Assembly: GCA_913052445.1 (NCBI GenBank)
Contig: CAJXDP010000001.1
Coordinates: forward strand, 187,791 to 251,790
DNA from: an uncultured Formosa sp.
GTDB taxonomy: Bacteria; Bacteroidota; Bacteroidia; Flavobacteriales; Flavobacteriaceae
Length of the DNA: 64,000 nt
Direction of reading: 5' to 3'
Below, piece after piece: positions 31,741-41,997 of the stretch (positions are counted from its first letter, which is position 1; each line of letters begins with the position of its first letter). The position numbers and the translations under genes were made by a program. Below the pieces are notes generated by a model. It saw only the letters and a list, made by a program, of their open reading frames with translations, was not told the DNA's origin and did no database searches.

Positions 31741-33720
31741 TTATAAGTAATTTAATTCTTCTTCCATTTTAAGAATGAAATAGTACCTGTAGGGATAAAA
31801 TAACGGAATGCCTAAAAGTATTAAAATAAAGTATTTTTTTATAAAATTAATATTTTTAATTTTATAAAAATTACATTGGCTTAAGATAAATTTTTCAAAA
31901 ACAATTAAATAAAATATAAGGCTAATAGCACCCATTCCTAATAATATACTCCCAAGGATATCTAGGCTTATAGTATTAAGAATAAAACCAAATAAAGCAG
32001 TTGAAATTGTTAAAATATTAAAAACGAGTGCTAATTTAGAATTCTCCTTAAAGTCTAAGTAAAGGTTTAGAGCGGATTCGTAAGTTTTGTCTGTCAAATT
32101 TTCACTCATTTTTAGCTCCAATTCACTAATACCTCTATGTTTTAGAATTTCCAAAGCTTTATTCCTGTATTTTAATAAGTGCCCTAATTTTCTATAATCT
32201 TTAATAACTACTTTTAATTGAGTATTATCAAAATCATTTAAATCACTAATTTTTTCTTTTGATATTGTAAAATCTCCAGAAAGTTCCCTATCTCTTGATG
32301 ATATGATAAAATTCTTTAATGGTATTAAAATGCTGTCAAAGTCAATTAATGCGCGGTCCTTAGTCGCTCTGTTTGTAAGATAAATACTAAATGGTAATAA
32401 AATTAATGATGAAAGCCATGATGCTAAAATAGGGTTCATAGTACTATCTTCTGAACTGTTTTTTGCAAATATGCTTATAAAGTGATATGTTAGAAAAATT
32501 AATATAGCAATCACTAGCGGGAGACCAATTCCTCCTTTACGAATCAGTGCTCCTAAAGGTGCTCCCACAAAAAACAAAATAATACAGGAAAGACCTAATG
32601 CAAACTTATCATGTAATGCAACAAAATGTTTGTTAATATTTACTTCAGAAAGTAATATTGATTTTGATCTAATTTTTAATTCTTTTTTTGCTGATTTAAC
32701 AGAAACTAAAGACAGGTTAATCAGTTGAATTGCTTTTTGTTCTTCAAATAACTCTAATAAATTTAAGTTTTTAATTGTTGTACTTTTATCGCTTATTTTG
32801 TAATTTTTGTTCAGTATTGGTTGATAGCTACGCTGTAACATCGATTTTGAAAAATTAGCTAATAATAGTTTTTTTGAATTTCCAAGAGAATCTAGAGCAG
32901 TATTTAAATCTACTACATTCAACATTGTATGTTTAGTCACTTTATCTTGATTATCAAAGTCTACATCATTAAATTTAGTAAGATCAATATTAATTATATA
33001 ATTGTTAAATGTACTTTTAACTAGCGGCTTGTTTTTTGTTCTTTTTAAATAATCCTTAGGCTGGATATTATCATAATAATTTCCATCTGTTAAAACTAGC
33101 TTTAATAGGTTCGAAGAGTCGTTGCTTATAAATTCTCCTGTATTAGATTTAATGACGGTATAATTACCATTAACACCCCTCTTTTTTTGATGTATAATAA
33201 CATCATTAAGATATTGTCCATTGTCACCACTTTTTTCAGCAACCTTTATGTTTATATCATTTAACTGGTTAAACTGACCTTCGGCTATAGCCATGGCTGG
33301 CTTCACCTTTGCAATATTTCTTCTCAAATTGAAAAAATTAAATTCAGCAAGAGGAATCACACTATTTGCAAAGAAAAAACTAAGAACAGCCAATAAAACA
33401 ATAAATATACTAAGGCTTTTCATTGCTCTTTGTAGCGAAATTCCAGTAGACTTCATTGCTGCAAATTCATAGTTTTCAGAAAATCCTCCAAATACCATTA
33501 TTGAAGCCAAAAGGATTGTAAGAGGTAAAACTAAAACTACAATCCTTGGGGATACATACAGGAGAAACTTAAATATGATTTCAATTTCTAATTCTTTTCC
33601 TGCTAGCTCAGAAATATAAACCCACACTGATTGTAATAAAAAAATCATCATAAGTATTGTAAATACACTGACAAATGTTTTTAAAAAGGTAGTTAGTATG
33701 TAACGGTCTAGAAGTTTCAA
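31741..33720 (-). CDS. LPS export permease LptF/LptG family with a long C-terminal extension
   Basis: LLDRYIL start, LPLTILLAS, ENYEFAAMKSTGIS, GAPLGALIRKGG. Confidence 0.85.
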   Translation of the reverse strand: MKLLDRYILTTFLKTFVSVFTILMMIFLLQSVWVYISELAGKELEIEIIFKFLLYVSPRIVVLVLPLTILLASIMVFGGFSENYEFAAMKSTGISLQRAMKSLSIFIVLLAVLSFFFANSVIPLAEFNFFNLRRNIAKVKPAMAIAEGQFNQLNDINIKVAEKSGDNGQYLNDVIIHQKKRGVNGNYTVIKSNTGEFISNDSSNLLKLVLTDGNYYDNIQPKDYLKRTKNKPLVKSTFNNYIINIDLTKFNDVDFDNQDKVTKHTMLNVVDLNTALDSLGNSKKLLLANFSKSMLQRSYQPILNKNYKISDKSTTIKNLNLLELFEEQKAIQLINLSLVSVKSAKKELKIRSKSILLSEVNINKHFVALHDKFALGLSCIILFFVGAPLGALIRKGGIGLPLVIAILIFLTYHFISIFAKNSSEDSTMNPILASWLSSLILLPFSIYLTNRATKDRALIDFDSILIPLKNFIISSRDRELSGDFTISKEKISDLNDFDNTQLKVVIKDYRKLGHLLKYRNKALEILKHRGISELELKMSENLTDKTYESALNLYLDFKENSKLALVFNILTISTALFGFILNTISLDILGSILLGMGAISLIFYLIVFEKFILSQCNFYKIKNINFIKKYFILILLGIPLFYPYRYYFILKMEEELNYL

Positions 33721-33728
33721 TTTATATC

Positions 33729-34373
33729 CTAATCTAAGTTGTTGATATAATAGTCACTATATTTTGTTGGGTCAAACTTAAATAACTTTTTAGATAGATT
33801 TTGGTTTGTTTTGAATGAATTAATAGTTAAAGTAGTTTTTGTGTCATTGCTTCCAATTTCAATCAATTTATAGATATGCTTTGTATTTAAATCGATTCCA
33901 AGTAAAACATATTTAATTTCTGAATCAGAATCAATTGGAGTTAATTTAATATACTGAATTTTACGGCCATTAATATTCTGAGCAATATCCATGTCATAAG
34001 TATAGCCATCTTCATAAAAACTTAGTAATTCACTAGGGGTTATAGTGTTTTCTTCTGTAGTGTTATTTGAAGATATAGTAACTTCTTCATCTTCAGGACT
34101 TATTGTGAATAGTGATTCTCCATTATATAGTCTCGTAATACCTAAAATATTTAGAATGTATTTCTCTCCTTCTAGAGTTATGTCTCCGCTAGTTTCTTGT
34201 CGAATATTTTCTTCTGTATTTTCAAGCACATATCTAAATTTTAGAATCATGCTTTCATAAGAATTAACTTTATCACTAACTTCATCAAGTATTATTTGTG
34301 CTTCAGAATTAGAACTTTGGGCTTGACCTAAAAATGATATTATAATCGATAAAATTAAAAGAAAAATTTTCAT
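33729..34373 (-). CDS. lolA: Outer-membrane lipoprotein carrier LolA family
   Basis: Signal peptide, beta-rich LolA-like pattern (YNGxxLFTISPEDEEVTI), directly downstream of ftsK. Confidence 0.8.
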   Translation of the reverse strand: MKIFLLILSIIISFLGQAQSSNSEAQIILDEVSDKVNSYESMILKFRYVLENTEENIRQETSGDITLEGEKYILNILGITRLYNGESLFTISPEDEEVTISSNNTTEENTITPSELLSFYEDGYTYDMDIAQNINGRKIQYIKLTPIDSDSEIKYVLLGIDLNTKHIYKLIEIGSNDTKTTLTINSFKTNQNLSKKLFKFDPTKYSDYYINNLD

Positions 34374-34374
34374 A

Positions 34375-36765
34375 CTAATCAGAGATTTCTTGATCTAATA
34401 AACGGTTGAGAGTTGTTAAATCAGTAACTAATACTTGCCTTGCTTTACTGCCTTCAAATGAACCTACAATACCCGCAGCCTCTAATTGATCTATTAGGCG
34501 TCCAGCACGATTATAACCTAATTTTAATTTACGTTGTAATAAAGATGCTGATCCTTGTTGAGCTATTATAATTAACTCAGCGGCTTCTCTAAACAACTGG
34601 TCTCTTTCATTTATATTATTATCAATACTTGTGCCAGAGTCTTCACTAATATATTCAGGAAGTATATAAGCGCTTGGATAGGCTTTTTGTGATCCTATAT
34701 AGTCAGTTAGCTTTTCAACTTCAGGTGTATCTACAAAAGCACATTGAATTCGAACCATATCGTTTCCTTGGGTGTATAATAAGTCACCACGACCAATTAG
34801 TTGGTCAGCTCCAGAGCTGTCTAAAATAGTCCTAGAATCAATTTTTGATGTCACTCTAAATGCTATACGTGCTGGAAAATTCGCTTTAATAATTCCAGTT
34901 ATTACATTTACAGAAGGTCTTTGCGTTGCTATTATTAGGTGAATACCAATTGCTCTAGCTAGCTGTGCAAGCCGAGCTATAGGAGTTTCTACTTCTTTAC
35001 CAGCAGTCATAATTAAATCAGCAAACTCATCGACTACCAAAACAATATAAGGTAAATACTTATGTCCATCATTAGGATTAAGTTTACGTGCTTTGAATTT
35101 TTTATTGTATTCTTTTATATTTCTGCAAAATGCATTTTTAAGCATTTCATATCGATCGTCCATTTCGATACATAAAGAGTTCAAAGTATTTATTACTTTG
35201 GTATTATCGGTAATTATAGCGTCTTCAGTATCTGGTAGCTTTGCTAGATAATGACGTTCAATTTTATTAAATAGAGTAAGTTCTACTTTTTTAGGATCAA
35301 CTAGTACAAATTTCACTTCTGCAGGGTGTTTTTTATATAATAGTGAAGTTAAAACTGCATTAAGGCCAACGGATTTACCTTGACCGGTAGCTCCAGCCAT
35401 TAACAAGTGTGGCATTTTTGCCAAATCAACTACAAAAGTTTCATTACTAATTGTCTTTCCCAAGGCAATTGGCAACTCCATTTCTGATTTCTGAAACTTC
35501 TGAGACGATATAACAGAATGCATAGAAACAATCGTTGCATTTTTATTAGGAACCTCAATACCAATTGTTCCTCTACCAGGGATAGGAGCTATGATTCGAA
35601 TTCCAAGTGCGGAAAGTGATAGCGCAATATCATCCTCCAAATTTTTTATTTTTGAAATTCGAATACCTGCTTCTGGAATTATTTCGTATAAAGTAACTGT
35701 AGGTCCTATAGTAGCCTTAATACTAGCAATTCCTATTTTATAATTATTGAGTGTTTCAACGATTTTGTTTTTATTTTCCTCGAGTTCTTCTTGGTTTATT
35801 GTAATCCCTTCCGTGTCATATTTTTTAAGGATATCTAACGGAGGGAATTGGAATTTTGATAGTTCTAGAGTTGGATCAACCTCACCAAAATCTTCAACCA
35901 ATTTAGCTGCAAGATTGTCAGTTTCTGAAACTTCCTCCTTATTAATTTCAATCTCCATCTCAACAGAATCTTCAATCGGATTTACTATTTCTTTAATAGT
36001 TTTGGAAGTTTTAACTATAGTTTCAGAATCAATACTTGAGTGATTTGAAATAGTGGGCTCTATATTTTCTAAAGGAATTTCAAAAGTTGATTTTATAGAA
36101 TTAGCTTCTTCAGTAAAACTGTTATCAACAACATTTTCTAATGAAGACTTATCATTTAAAAATTCAGATTTAGGTTCATTTTTAGTACGTATAAATAAAT
36201 CCCCTATTTGTTTCGGAGTAACCTTGAAGCGAATAGCTATGTAAGTAATAAAACCAAATACCATTAATAAAGCAGTTCCAGTTTTTCCGATATAGTCTTG
36301 AAAAAATAAGTTTAACTCATATCCTATAGAACCGCCTAAATCTGGAGCACTTTGAAAAATAAATCCAAATAAAATAGATCCCCATATAATAATTAAAGTA
36401 CCCCAAAACCAATTACGCCAAAGTCTTTTTTTAGAAGAATTTGCTAGAACAGATATTCCGGACAGTAATATAAGTCCAGAAAAAATAAAGGAAGAAATCC
36501 CAAACCCTTGATAAATTAGTAATTCGCTAATCCAAGCTCCAATTTTGCTCAACCAATTTTCTGTTAGTATTGCTCGATTTGTAAATTCGCCTAAAACACT
36601 TTGATCATTATCGCCAGTGAATAAGTAGGATAGAAGTGCAGTAAATAATAAAATACCAATGATTATCAAAAAACTACCCATTACTAATCGCTGAGAACTA
36701 GTTAGAGTTAAATTGATTTTAGAAATACGTTTTTTTTTGGTCTTATTTAATGATGCTTTAGCCAT
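34375..36765 (-). CDS. ftsK: DNA translocase FtsK
   Basis: N-terminal TM domain, PHLLMAGATGQGKS, DEFADL, ATQRPS, gamma domain (LQRKLKLGYNRAGRLID); ATG 36765 follows TATTTTTG at 36787-36794. Confidence 0.96.
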   Translation of the reverse strand: MAKASLNKTKKKRISKINLTLTSSQRLVMGSFLIIIGILLFTALLSYLFTGDNDQSVLGEFTNRAILTENWLSKIGAWISELLIYQGFGISSFIFSGLILLSGISVLANSSKKRLWRNWFWGTLIIIWGSILFGFIFQSAPDLGGSIGYELNLFFQDYIGKTGTALLMVFGFITYIAIRFKVTPKQIGDLFIRTKNEPKSEFLNDKSSLENVVDNSFTEEANSIKSTFEIPLENIEPTISNHSSIDSETIVKTSKTIKEIVNPIEDSVEMEIEINKEEVSETDNLAAKLVEDFGEVDPTLELSKFQFPPLDILKKYDTEGITINQEELEENKNKIVETLNNYKIGIASIKATIGPTVTLYEIIPEAGIRISKIKNLEDDIALSLSALGIRIIAPIPGRGTIGIEVPNKNATIVSMHSVISSQKFQKSEMELPIALGKTISNETFVVDLAKMPHLLMAGATGQGKSVGLNAVLTSLLYKKHPAEVKFVLVDPKKVELTLFNKIERHYLAKLPDTEDAIITDNTKVINTLNSLCIEMDDRYEMLKNAFCRNIKEYNKKFKARKLNPNDGHKYLPYIVLVVDEFADLIMTAGKEVETPIARLAQLARAIGIHLIIATQRPSVNVITGIIKANFPARIAFRVTSKIDSRTILDSSGADQLIGRGDLLYTQGNDMVRIQCAFVDTPEVEKLTDYIGSQKAYPSAYILPEYISEDSGTSIDNNINERDQLFREAAELIIIAQQGSASLLQRKLKLGYNRAGRLIDQLEAAGIVGSFEGSKARQVLVTDLTTLNRLLDQEISD

Positions 36766-37261
36766 TATTCCAAATACTATTAAAAACAAAAATACAAATT
36801 ACAAACGTTTATTCCATTAATGGGAGTTAATTTGTTTTTATCATTATCTAAACCCAATATTTCGTATTTTAAACTTTAAATTTATTTAGTTTATAAGCTG
36901 TTGATTTGAACTTTCACGTGAATAGTACTAAAAATAACCAGAGCACTAATGATGCATAACTTAGTTAATTCTTCAATTTTTAAAGTGGTCAATAAAACAC
37001 AAACCCCCACAACAACTAAAGCAATTTTATCTATAGTTGTTAGCTTGTTAATATCATTTTTTTTGTGAAAGAGTACTGTATCCTGGAAATAGATTCAGAT
37101 TTTTCTTAACAGCCAACCATAGAGGTAATAAAATTAAACCTCTTAGTAAGCATGTAAATACAATATTTTAAACAATAAGTTATTAGAGTATAAATTTAAT
37201 AATTGAAGTTTATTAAAACTATTTATATTTATGTAAATTTGATTTTAATTAGCACATCAAT

Positions 37262-37909
37262 ATGGAAAAAGATTTAGGAAATTATCGCAAATCCTATATT
37301 AAAGGATCTCTTTTAGAACACTCTATTAACAATGATCCGTATGATTTATTTCAATTGTGGTTTAACGAAGTAGATTCACACTTTCAGGAAACTGAAACAA
37401 ACGCGATGACTTTGGCTACTATTGGTATTGATGGGTTTCCAAAAAGTCGTGTGGTGCTTTTAAAAAAGTTTAGTTCAGCTGGTTTTGTGTTTTTTACAAA
37501 TTATGAAAGTGAAAAGGCGATAGCATTAGCAAATAACCCCCAATGCTGCCTTTCTTTTCATTGGGAATCAGCAGAAAGACAGGTTATCATCAAGGGGTTT
37601 GCTGACAAAATTGACCCCTCAGAAAGTGACACCTATTTTCTTTCTCGACCCAAAGGAAGTCAGCTTGGTGCTTGGGCTTCCAAGCAAAGCACCGTTATTA
37701 AAAATAGAACTATTTTGGATGCAAAACTAGAGTCTTTAGAAAATGAATATAATAATAAGCCGTTACAACGTCCAGAGTTTTGGGGTGGATACATTGTGAA
37801 GGCTGTTGAAATAGAGTTTTGGCAAGGTCGCGAAAACCGACTTCACGATAGAATTAGATTTAAATTATCTGCTAACAGTAGTTGGGGTATGGAAAGATTG
37901 TCTCCTTAA
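37262..37909 (+). CDS. pdxH: Pyridoxamine 5'-phosphate oxidase
   Basis: RVVLLK, FFTNYES, SRPKGSQLGAWAS, EFWQGRENRLHDR. Confidence 0.95.
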   Translation: MEKDLGNYRKSYIKGSLLEHSINNDPYDLFQLWFNEVDSHFQETETNAMTLATIGIDGFPKSRVVLLKKFSSAGFVFFTNYESEKAIALANNPQCCLSFHWESAERQVIIKGFADKIDPSESDTYFLSRPKGSQLGAWASKQSTVIKNRTILDAKLESLENEYNNKPLQRPEFWGGYIVKAVEIEFWQGRENRLHDRIRFKLSANSSWGMERLSP

Positions 37910-37953
37910 AATTAGTAAAAGCATTACATTAAAAATATGATGCCTTAGTAAGT

Positions 37954-38535
37954 TTAACCATGAATACTTTCACTAATACTTAATGACTTCATGATGTCAG
38001 CTTCGTATACTAATAGATCATTCCATTTTTGATTAACTACCTCTTTATCGCCATATTGCCTGGCAAAACCCAAAAATGAGGTGTAATGATTGGCTTCACT
38101 AACCATTAGTTTTCTATAGAACTTAGCTAATTTTTTATCCTCTAAATGTTCTGATAAAAGTCGGAAGCGTTCACAACTTCTAGCTTCAATCATGGCTGCT
38201 AATAACAAACGGTGAATTAATTGTGTTGTCCGACTGCCACCCTTAGGGAAAAACTGTATTAGTTTTGAGACATAAGCATCTTTCCTGTCTCGGCCTAAGT
38301 TAAACCCACGCTCTAATAATAAATCATGAACCATTTTAAAATGACTCATTTCTTCTTCAACTAAGGCTATCATTTCTTGAACAAGCTCCGTATACTCAGG
38401 AAAACTTACAATAAGAGAAATAGCAGTGCTCGCTGCTTTCTGTTCACAGAAAGCATGGTCTGATAAAATTTCCTCTAAATTTTTTTCAGCGATATTAACC
38501 CATCTTGGGTCTGAAGATAATTTTAATCCTAGCAT
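37954..38535 (-). CDS. miaE: tRNA-(ms2io6A37) hydroxylase, MiaE family
   Basis: Di-iron motifs DHAFCEQKAA, EEMSHF, IEARSCERF, SEANHY. Confidence 0.9.
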   Translation of the reverse strand: MLGLKLSSDPRWVNIAEKNLEEILSDHAFCEQKAASTAISLIVSFPEYTELVQEMIALVEEEMSHFKMVHDLLLERGFNLGRDRKDAYVSKLIQFFPKGGSRTTQLIHRLLLAAMIEARSCERFRLLSEHLEDKKLAKFYRKLMVSEANHYTSFLGFARQYGDKEVVNQKWNDLLVYEADIMKSLSISESIHG

Positions 38536-38538
38536 AAA

Positions 38539-40260
38539 TTATAAATCCAATTCAAATATTTTCCGTAAAAGTTCAATATGCTTATTTTTCTCTACTAATT
38601 TCTCATATTTATCTTCAGGCGTATAAGCGTATTTTTTTTCCAACGTTTCGTTTACTATAATGTCTAGACTGATTGAGAAATTATTCAATGCTTTTCTTAA
38701 ATATTGAAGCAATTCAGATTGTTGACGTTCAACTTCAATTTTATTAGTATTGTTAGGAAACTCCAATCGAATAGTTTGGATATCAATTAGTTGTGGAGTA
38801 TCAATTTGAAGTATTGCGGCAAGATTATACTTACCGTCTGTTTCTAATTTTGTAACAAAAACATCCCAGTATTTCAGGAGATCTTCTTCATTAAAAGGGT
38901 CGTTTGGCAAGTCTTCTTCTTTTATATTGACTTCCATTAGTTTTATTTGATGTTCCTTTTTCTTTCTTATACTGTTTAACGAAAGTCCTGAGGAAGGTCT
39001 TTGAGTCGTTTGAATAACCGGAATAGGGGGAGTGGGTTTTTGAACGACGTCTTTGATTGGCTCTGTTATTTCATTTTCTTCATCAACTGGATATGAGGTT
39101 TTTATAGAAGCCAAGTTAGGTCTGATTATTTTAACATCAGAAATATTTTTAGATTTGAAATATGAAGCAGGTATTATATACCCACTAGGCTTTTTTTTTT
39201 CTCCATCAAAATTGATAGATGCAAGCTGCATTAAGCAAAGTTCTACCAATAGGCGTTGATTCATACTGGATTTATATTTCAGATCACATGAATTAGCTAG
39301 CTCAATAGCGTTGATTAAAAATTCATGAGAAGTTAATTCTGATTGTTTTTTGTAATAGCTTTTTGTACTCTCTCCAACTTCAAGTAGTTCTATCGTTTGA
39401 GGGGTTTTACTGACTAACAAGTCTCTAAAGTGAGAGGCTAGCCCAATTATAAAATGATGTCCATTAAACCCCCTTGATAAAATATTATTAAAGTGAAGTA
39501 ATAAGTCAGGAATTTTACTATCTAAAATGAAATCAGTAGCTTCAAAAAAAGCATCATGATCTAAAACGTTTAGGTTTTCAGTGACTGCTTCCCTTGTAAG
39601 ATCTTTTCCCGAAAAGCTAACAACTCTATCGAAAATTGATAGAGCATCTCTCATAGCTCCATCAGCTTTTTGAGCAATGATTTGTAGCGCGTCATCTTCT
39701 GCATTGATTCCTTGCTCCTCAGCGATAACTTTAAGGTAATTTTTAGTATCTATTACGTTGATTCTTTTAAAATCAAAAATCTGACATCTTGAAAGAATTG
39801 TAGGAATTATTTTATGTTTCTCTGTAGTAGCAAGAATGAAAATACAGTGCTTAGGTGGCTCTTCTAATGTTTTCAGGAATGCGTTAAAAGCTGATGCCGA
39901 TAGCATGTGAACTTCATCAATAATATATACTTTGTATTTTCCTACTTGAGGAGGAATCCGTACTTGATCAGTAAGACTACGAATATCATCAACAGAATTA
40001 TTAGAAGCAGCATCCAATTCAAATATATTAAATGCAAAGTCTTCTTTTATGTCTTCTGAAGTATTACTGTTAATCATTTTAGCTAAAATACGTGCACATG
40101 TAGTTTTACCAACTCCTCTAGGACCAGTGAATAGTAACGCTTGTGCTAAATGATTTTGATCAATAGCATTTTTTAAAGTATTGGTAATAGCAGTTTGACC
40201 AACGACATCTTTAAATGTTTGAGGCCTGTATTTTAAAGCGGATACAACAAATGGTTCCAT
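38539..40260 (-). CDS. dnaX: DNA polymerase III tau/gamma subunit
   Basis: KYRPQTF, GPRGVGKTT, DEVHML, NAFLKTLEEPP, SRC; A10G run at 39190-39200. Confidence 0.96.
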   Translation of the reverse strand: MEPFVVSALKYRPQTFKDVVGQTAITNTLKNAIDQNHLAQALLFTGPRGVGKTTCARILAKMINSNTSEDIKEDFAFNIFELDAASNNSVDDIRSLTDQVRIPPQVGKYKVYIIDEVHMLSASAFNAFLKTLEEPPKHCIFILATTEKHKIIPTILSRCQIFDFKRINVIDTKNYLKVIAEEQGINAEDDALQIIAQKADGAMRDALSIFDRVVSFSGKDLTREAVTENLNVLDHDAFFEATDFILDSKIPDLLLHFNNILSRGFNGHHFIIGLASHFRDLLVSKTPQTIELLEVGESTKSYYKKQSELTSHEFLINAIELANSCDLKYKSSMNQRLLVELCLMQLASINFDGEKKKPSGYIIPASYFKSKNISDVKIIRPNLASIKTSYPVDEENEITEPIKDVVQKPTPPIPVIQTTQRPSSGLSLNSIRKKKEHQIKLMEVNIKEEDLPNDPFNEEDLLKYWDVFVTKLETDGKYNLAAILQIDTPQLIDIQTIRLEFPNNTNKIEVERQQSELLQYLRKALNNFSISLDIIVNETLEKKYAYTPEDKYEKLVEKNKHIELLRKIFELDL

Positions 40261-40348
40261 ATAATCAAGTTAAAACAAATTTAAAAATTCATCTAGTAAT
40301 GACTAAATTAAACTCCTTTAAATTAAAAGGAGTTATTAACAATTTGTT

Positions 40349-40356
40349 TACTTTTG
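40349..40356 (+). promoter_or_regulatory. -7 promoter element of rnpB
   Basis: TACTTTTG about 5 nt before the P1 helix; the divergent dnaX box TAAATTTG is on - at 40276-40283. Confidence 0.7.
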
Positions 40357-40360
40357 CAAC

Positions 40361-40667
40361 AAAGCAGATCGCCTTATCGCTGTTCGTTTTTAACGAGGAG
40401 AGGAAAGTCCGGACACCGTAGTGTACTATAGTGGTTAACAACCATCAGTCGTGAGGCTAGGAAAAGTGCAACAGAAAGAATGTACAGGTAATGCTGTAGT
40501 GAAACCAGGTAAACTCTATAGGGTGCAATGTCATGTATATCAGTGTTTGAGCGCGTCACGTGCGATGCTGAAGGGTAGGCAGCTAAAGTTTACTGGTAAC
40601 AGTAGGCGAAGATAAATGATAAGGGCCATAATTTTGTGGTACAGAATCCGGCTTACAGATCTGCTTT
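40361..40667 (+). ncRNA. rnpB: RNase P RNA (class A, Bacteroidota type)
   Basis: GAGGAAAGTCCGG, AGTGCAACAGAAA, GGTAAACTC and ACAGAATCCGGCTTA conserved regions; P1 helix AAAGCAGATC/GATCTGCTTT. Confidence 0.96.
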
Positions 40668-40671
40668 TTTT

Positions 40672-41208
40672 TTAGTTTTCAAAAAAACTAAAGCAGTTAC
40701 CTCCGTAACTCTTAACTTCCGAAAAGTGGGGTGATTCAGAAAGATCCGTTTGCTTTGAATGTTCTATAATGAAAATACCTTCTATTTCTAGGAGCTGATT
40801 TTTAAAGACAGTTTCAATAATTTTTAAAAACTTACTGTGCTCTAACTCATAAGGAGGATCTGCAAAAATTATTGTTTGAGTCTGTTTTGTTTTTTCTAAA
40901 AAACTAAACACATCTGCCTTAATTACTTGTATGGGCATATTAAATTCTTTAGCTGTTTTATCAATAAATTTTGTACAATGAAAGTTCTGGTCTACAGCGA
41001 CGATATATTCTGTACCTCTTGAGGCAAATTCATAACTGATATTTCCAGTTCCTGCAAATAAGTCTAAAAAAGATATGTCGTGAAAATGATAGCGATGGTT
41101 AATAATATTAAATAGTGCTTCTTTAGCCATATCAGTCGTTGGGCGGACTGGTAAGTTTTTTGGAGCCAAGATTCGCCTAGCTTTAAAAGTTCCTGAAATG
41201 ATACGCAT
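40672..41208 (-). CDS. rsmD: 16S rRNA m2G966 methyltransferase
   Basis: MRIISG, RPTTDMAKEALFN, LDLFAGTG, DPPY, IEH. Confidence 0.93.
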   Translation of the reverse strand: MRIISGTFKARRILAPKNLPVRPTTDMAKEALFNIINHRYHFHDISFLDLFAGTGNISYEFASRGTEYIVAVDQNFHCTKFIDKTAKEFNMPIQVIKADVFSFLEKTKQTQTIIFADPPYELEHSKFLKIIETVFKNQLLEIEGIFIIEHSKQTDLSESPHFSEVKSYGGNCFSFFEN

Positions 41209-41210
41209 TA

Positions 41211-41975
41211 TTAGCTATTTAGTAATGTAAAATATTTAGAGCTTGAATCCATTCGGTATATCATAGAGTTACTGTGCAATAAAACTACATCTCTTATGTA
41301 CTTATATGCAATTTGATACAACTCATCACCTTCAACTATTGTTCCCATAAGTACAAGAGGAAATTCTTCTGGGTTTAATTGTAGTTGTTCAGCAGTAAAG
41401 AGAAGGTAATAAATAAAATCTTCTTTTGTGATAAACTCAAAACGATTATAAAACTTTAAAAGATTATTTTTAACCACCACTATCTCAAAATGATTATCCT
41501 CAACATTGAGGTACATTTTATTTATTTTTGTGTTTTTTTCAAGAATCAAAACACGATTTATTAAAATGGTCGCACTGTGTTTGTATTCAAAACTCCCAAA
41601 CCGATCAAAAATAAAGTTATTAATATTCATAAGAGGGACGTAAACAACCATAATGTCTGCAACGTTTATTTGATCATAGGTAATAAAGTCTGTTTTTAGA
41701 ATTTTTGAATTAAACTTAAGATAGTCAATTAGGTTGGTTTCATCAAACAACGGTTTAGGTACTACAGTAGCTAGTTCGTTACTGTGTATGACAAAAACTT
41801 TAGAGAATTCCTGATTTAGGATAGGAGTGGAATTAAATGAGTGAATCAGTTTATCTAAAAGCTCGTTTGGAGATAGTTTCTTATCAAAATTTACAGAATC
41901 CAAATATTCAATATTGGAAGTCATTTTATTTAAAACAAAAAAAGAAAGTCCACTCAAGCTTACTTGAATGGACAA
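41211..41975 (-). CDS. DUF3822 family protein (start uncertain)
   Basis: SIQVSLSGLSF, VPKPLFD, N.F...EDFIYYLLF; upstream of rsmD. Confidence 0.75.
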   Translation of the reverse strand: MSIQVSLSGLSFFVLNKMTSNIEYLDSVNFDKKLSPNELLDKLIHSFNSTPILNQEFSKVFVIHSNELATVVPKPLFDETNLIDYLKFNSKILKTDFITYDQINVADIMVVYVPLMNINNFIFDRFGSFEYKHSATILINRVLILEKNTKINKMYLNVEDNHFEIVVVKNNLLKFYNRFEFITKEDFIYYLLFTAEQLQLNPEEFPLVLMGTIVEGDELYQIAYKYIRDVVLLHSNSMIYRMDSSSKYFTLLNS

Positions 41976-41997
41976 TTCATTTATAGAATTTGATATT

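Noticed and set aside
36910-36925. parS-like palindrome ACTTTCACGTGAATAG
   Set aside because: Only 11 of 16 positions match TGTTTCACGTGAAACA, the outer bases are wrong, and it is a single copy 20 kb from parAB
40215-40559. Two short ORFs at 40215-40421 and 40374-40559
   Set aside because: They overlap the RNase P RNA gene and the dnaX start
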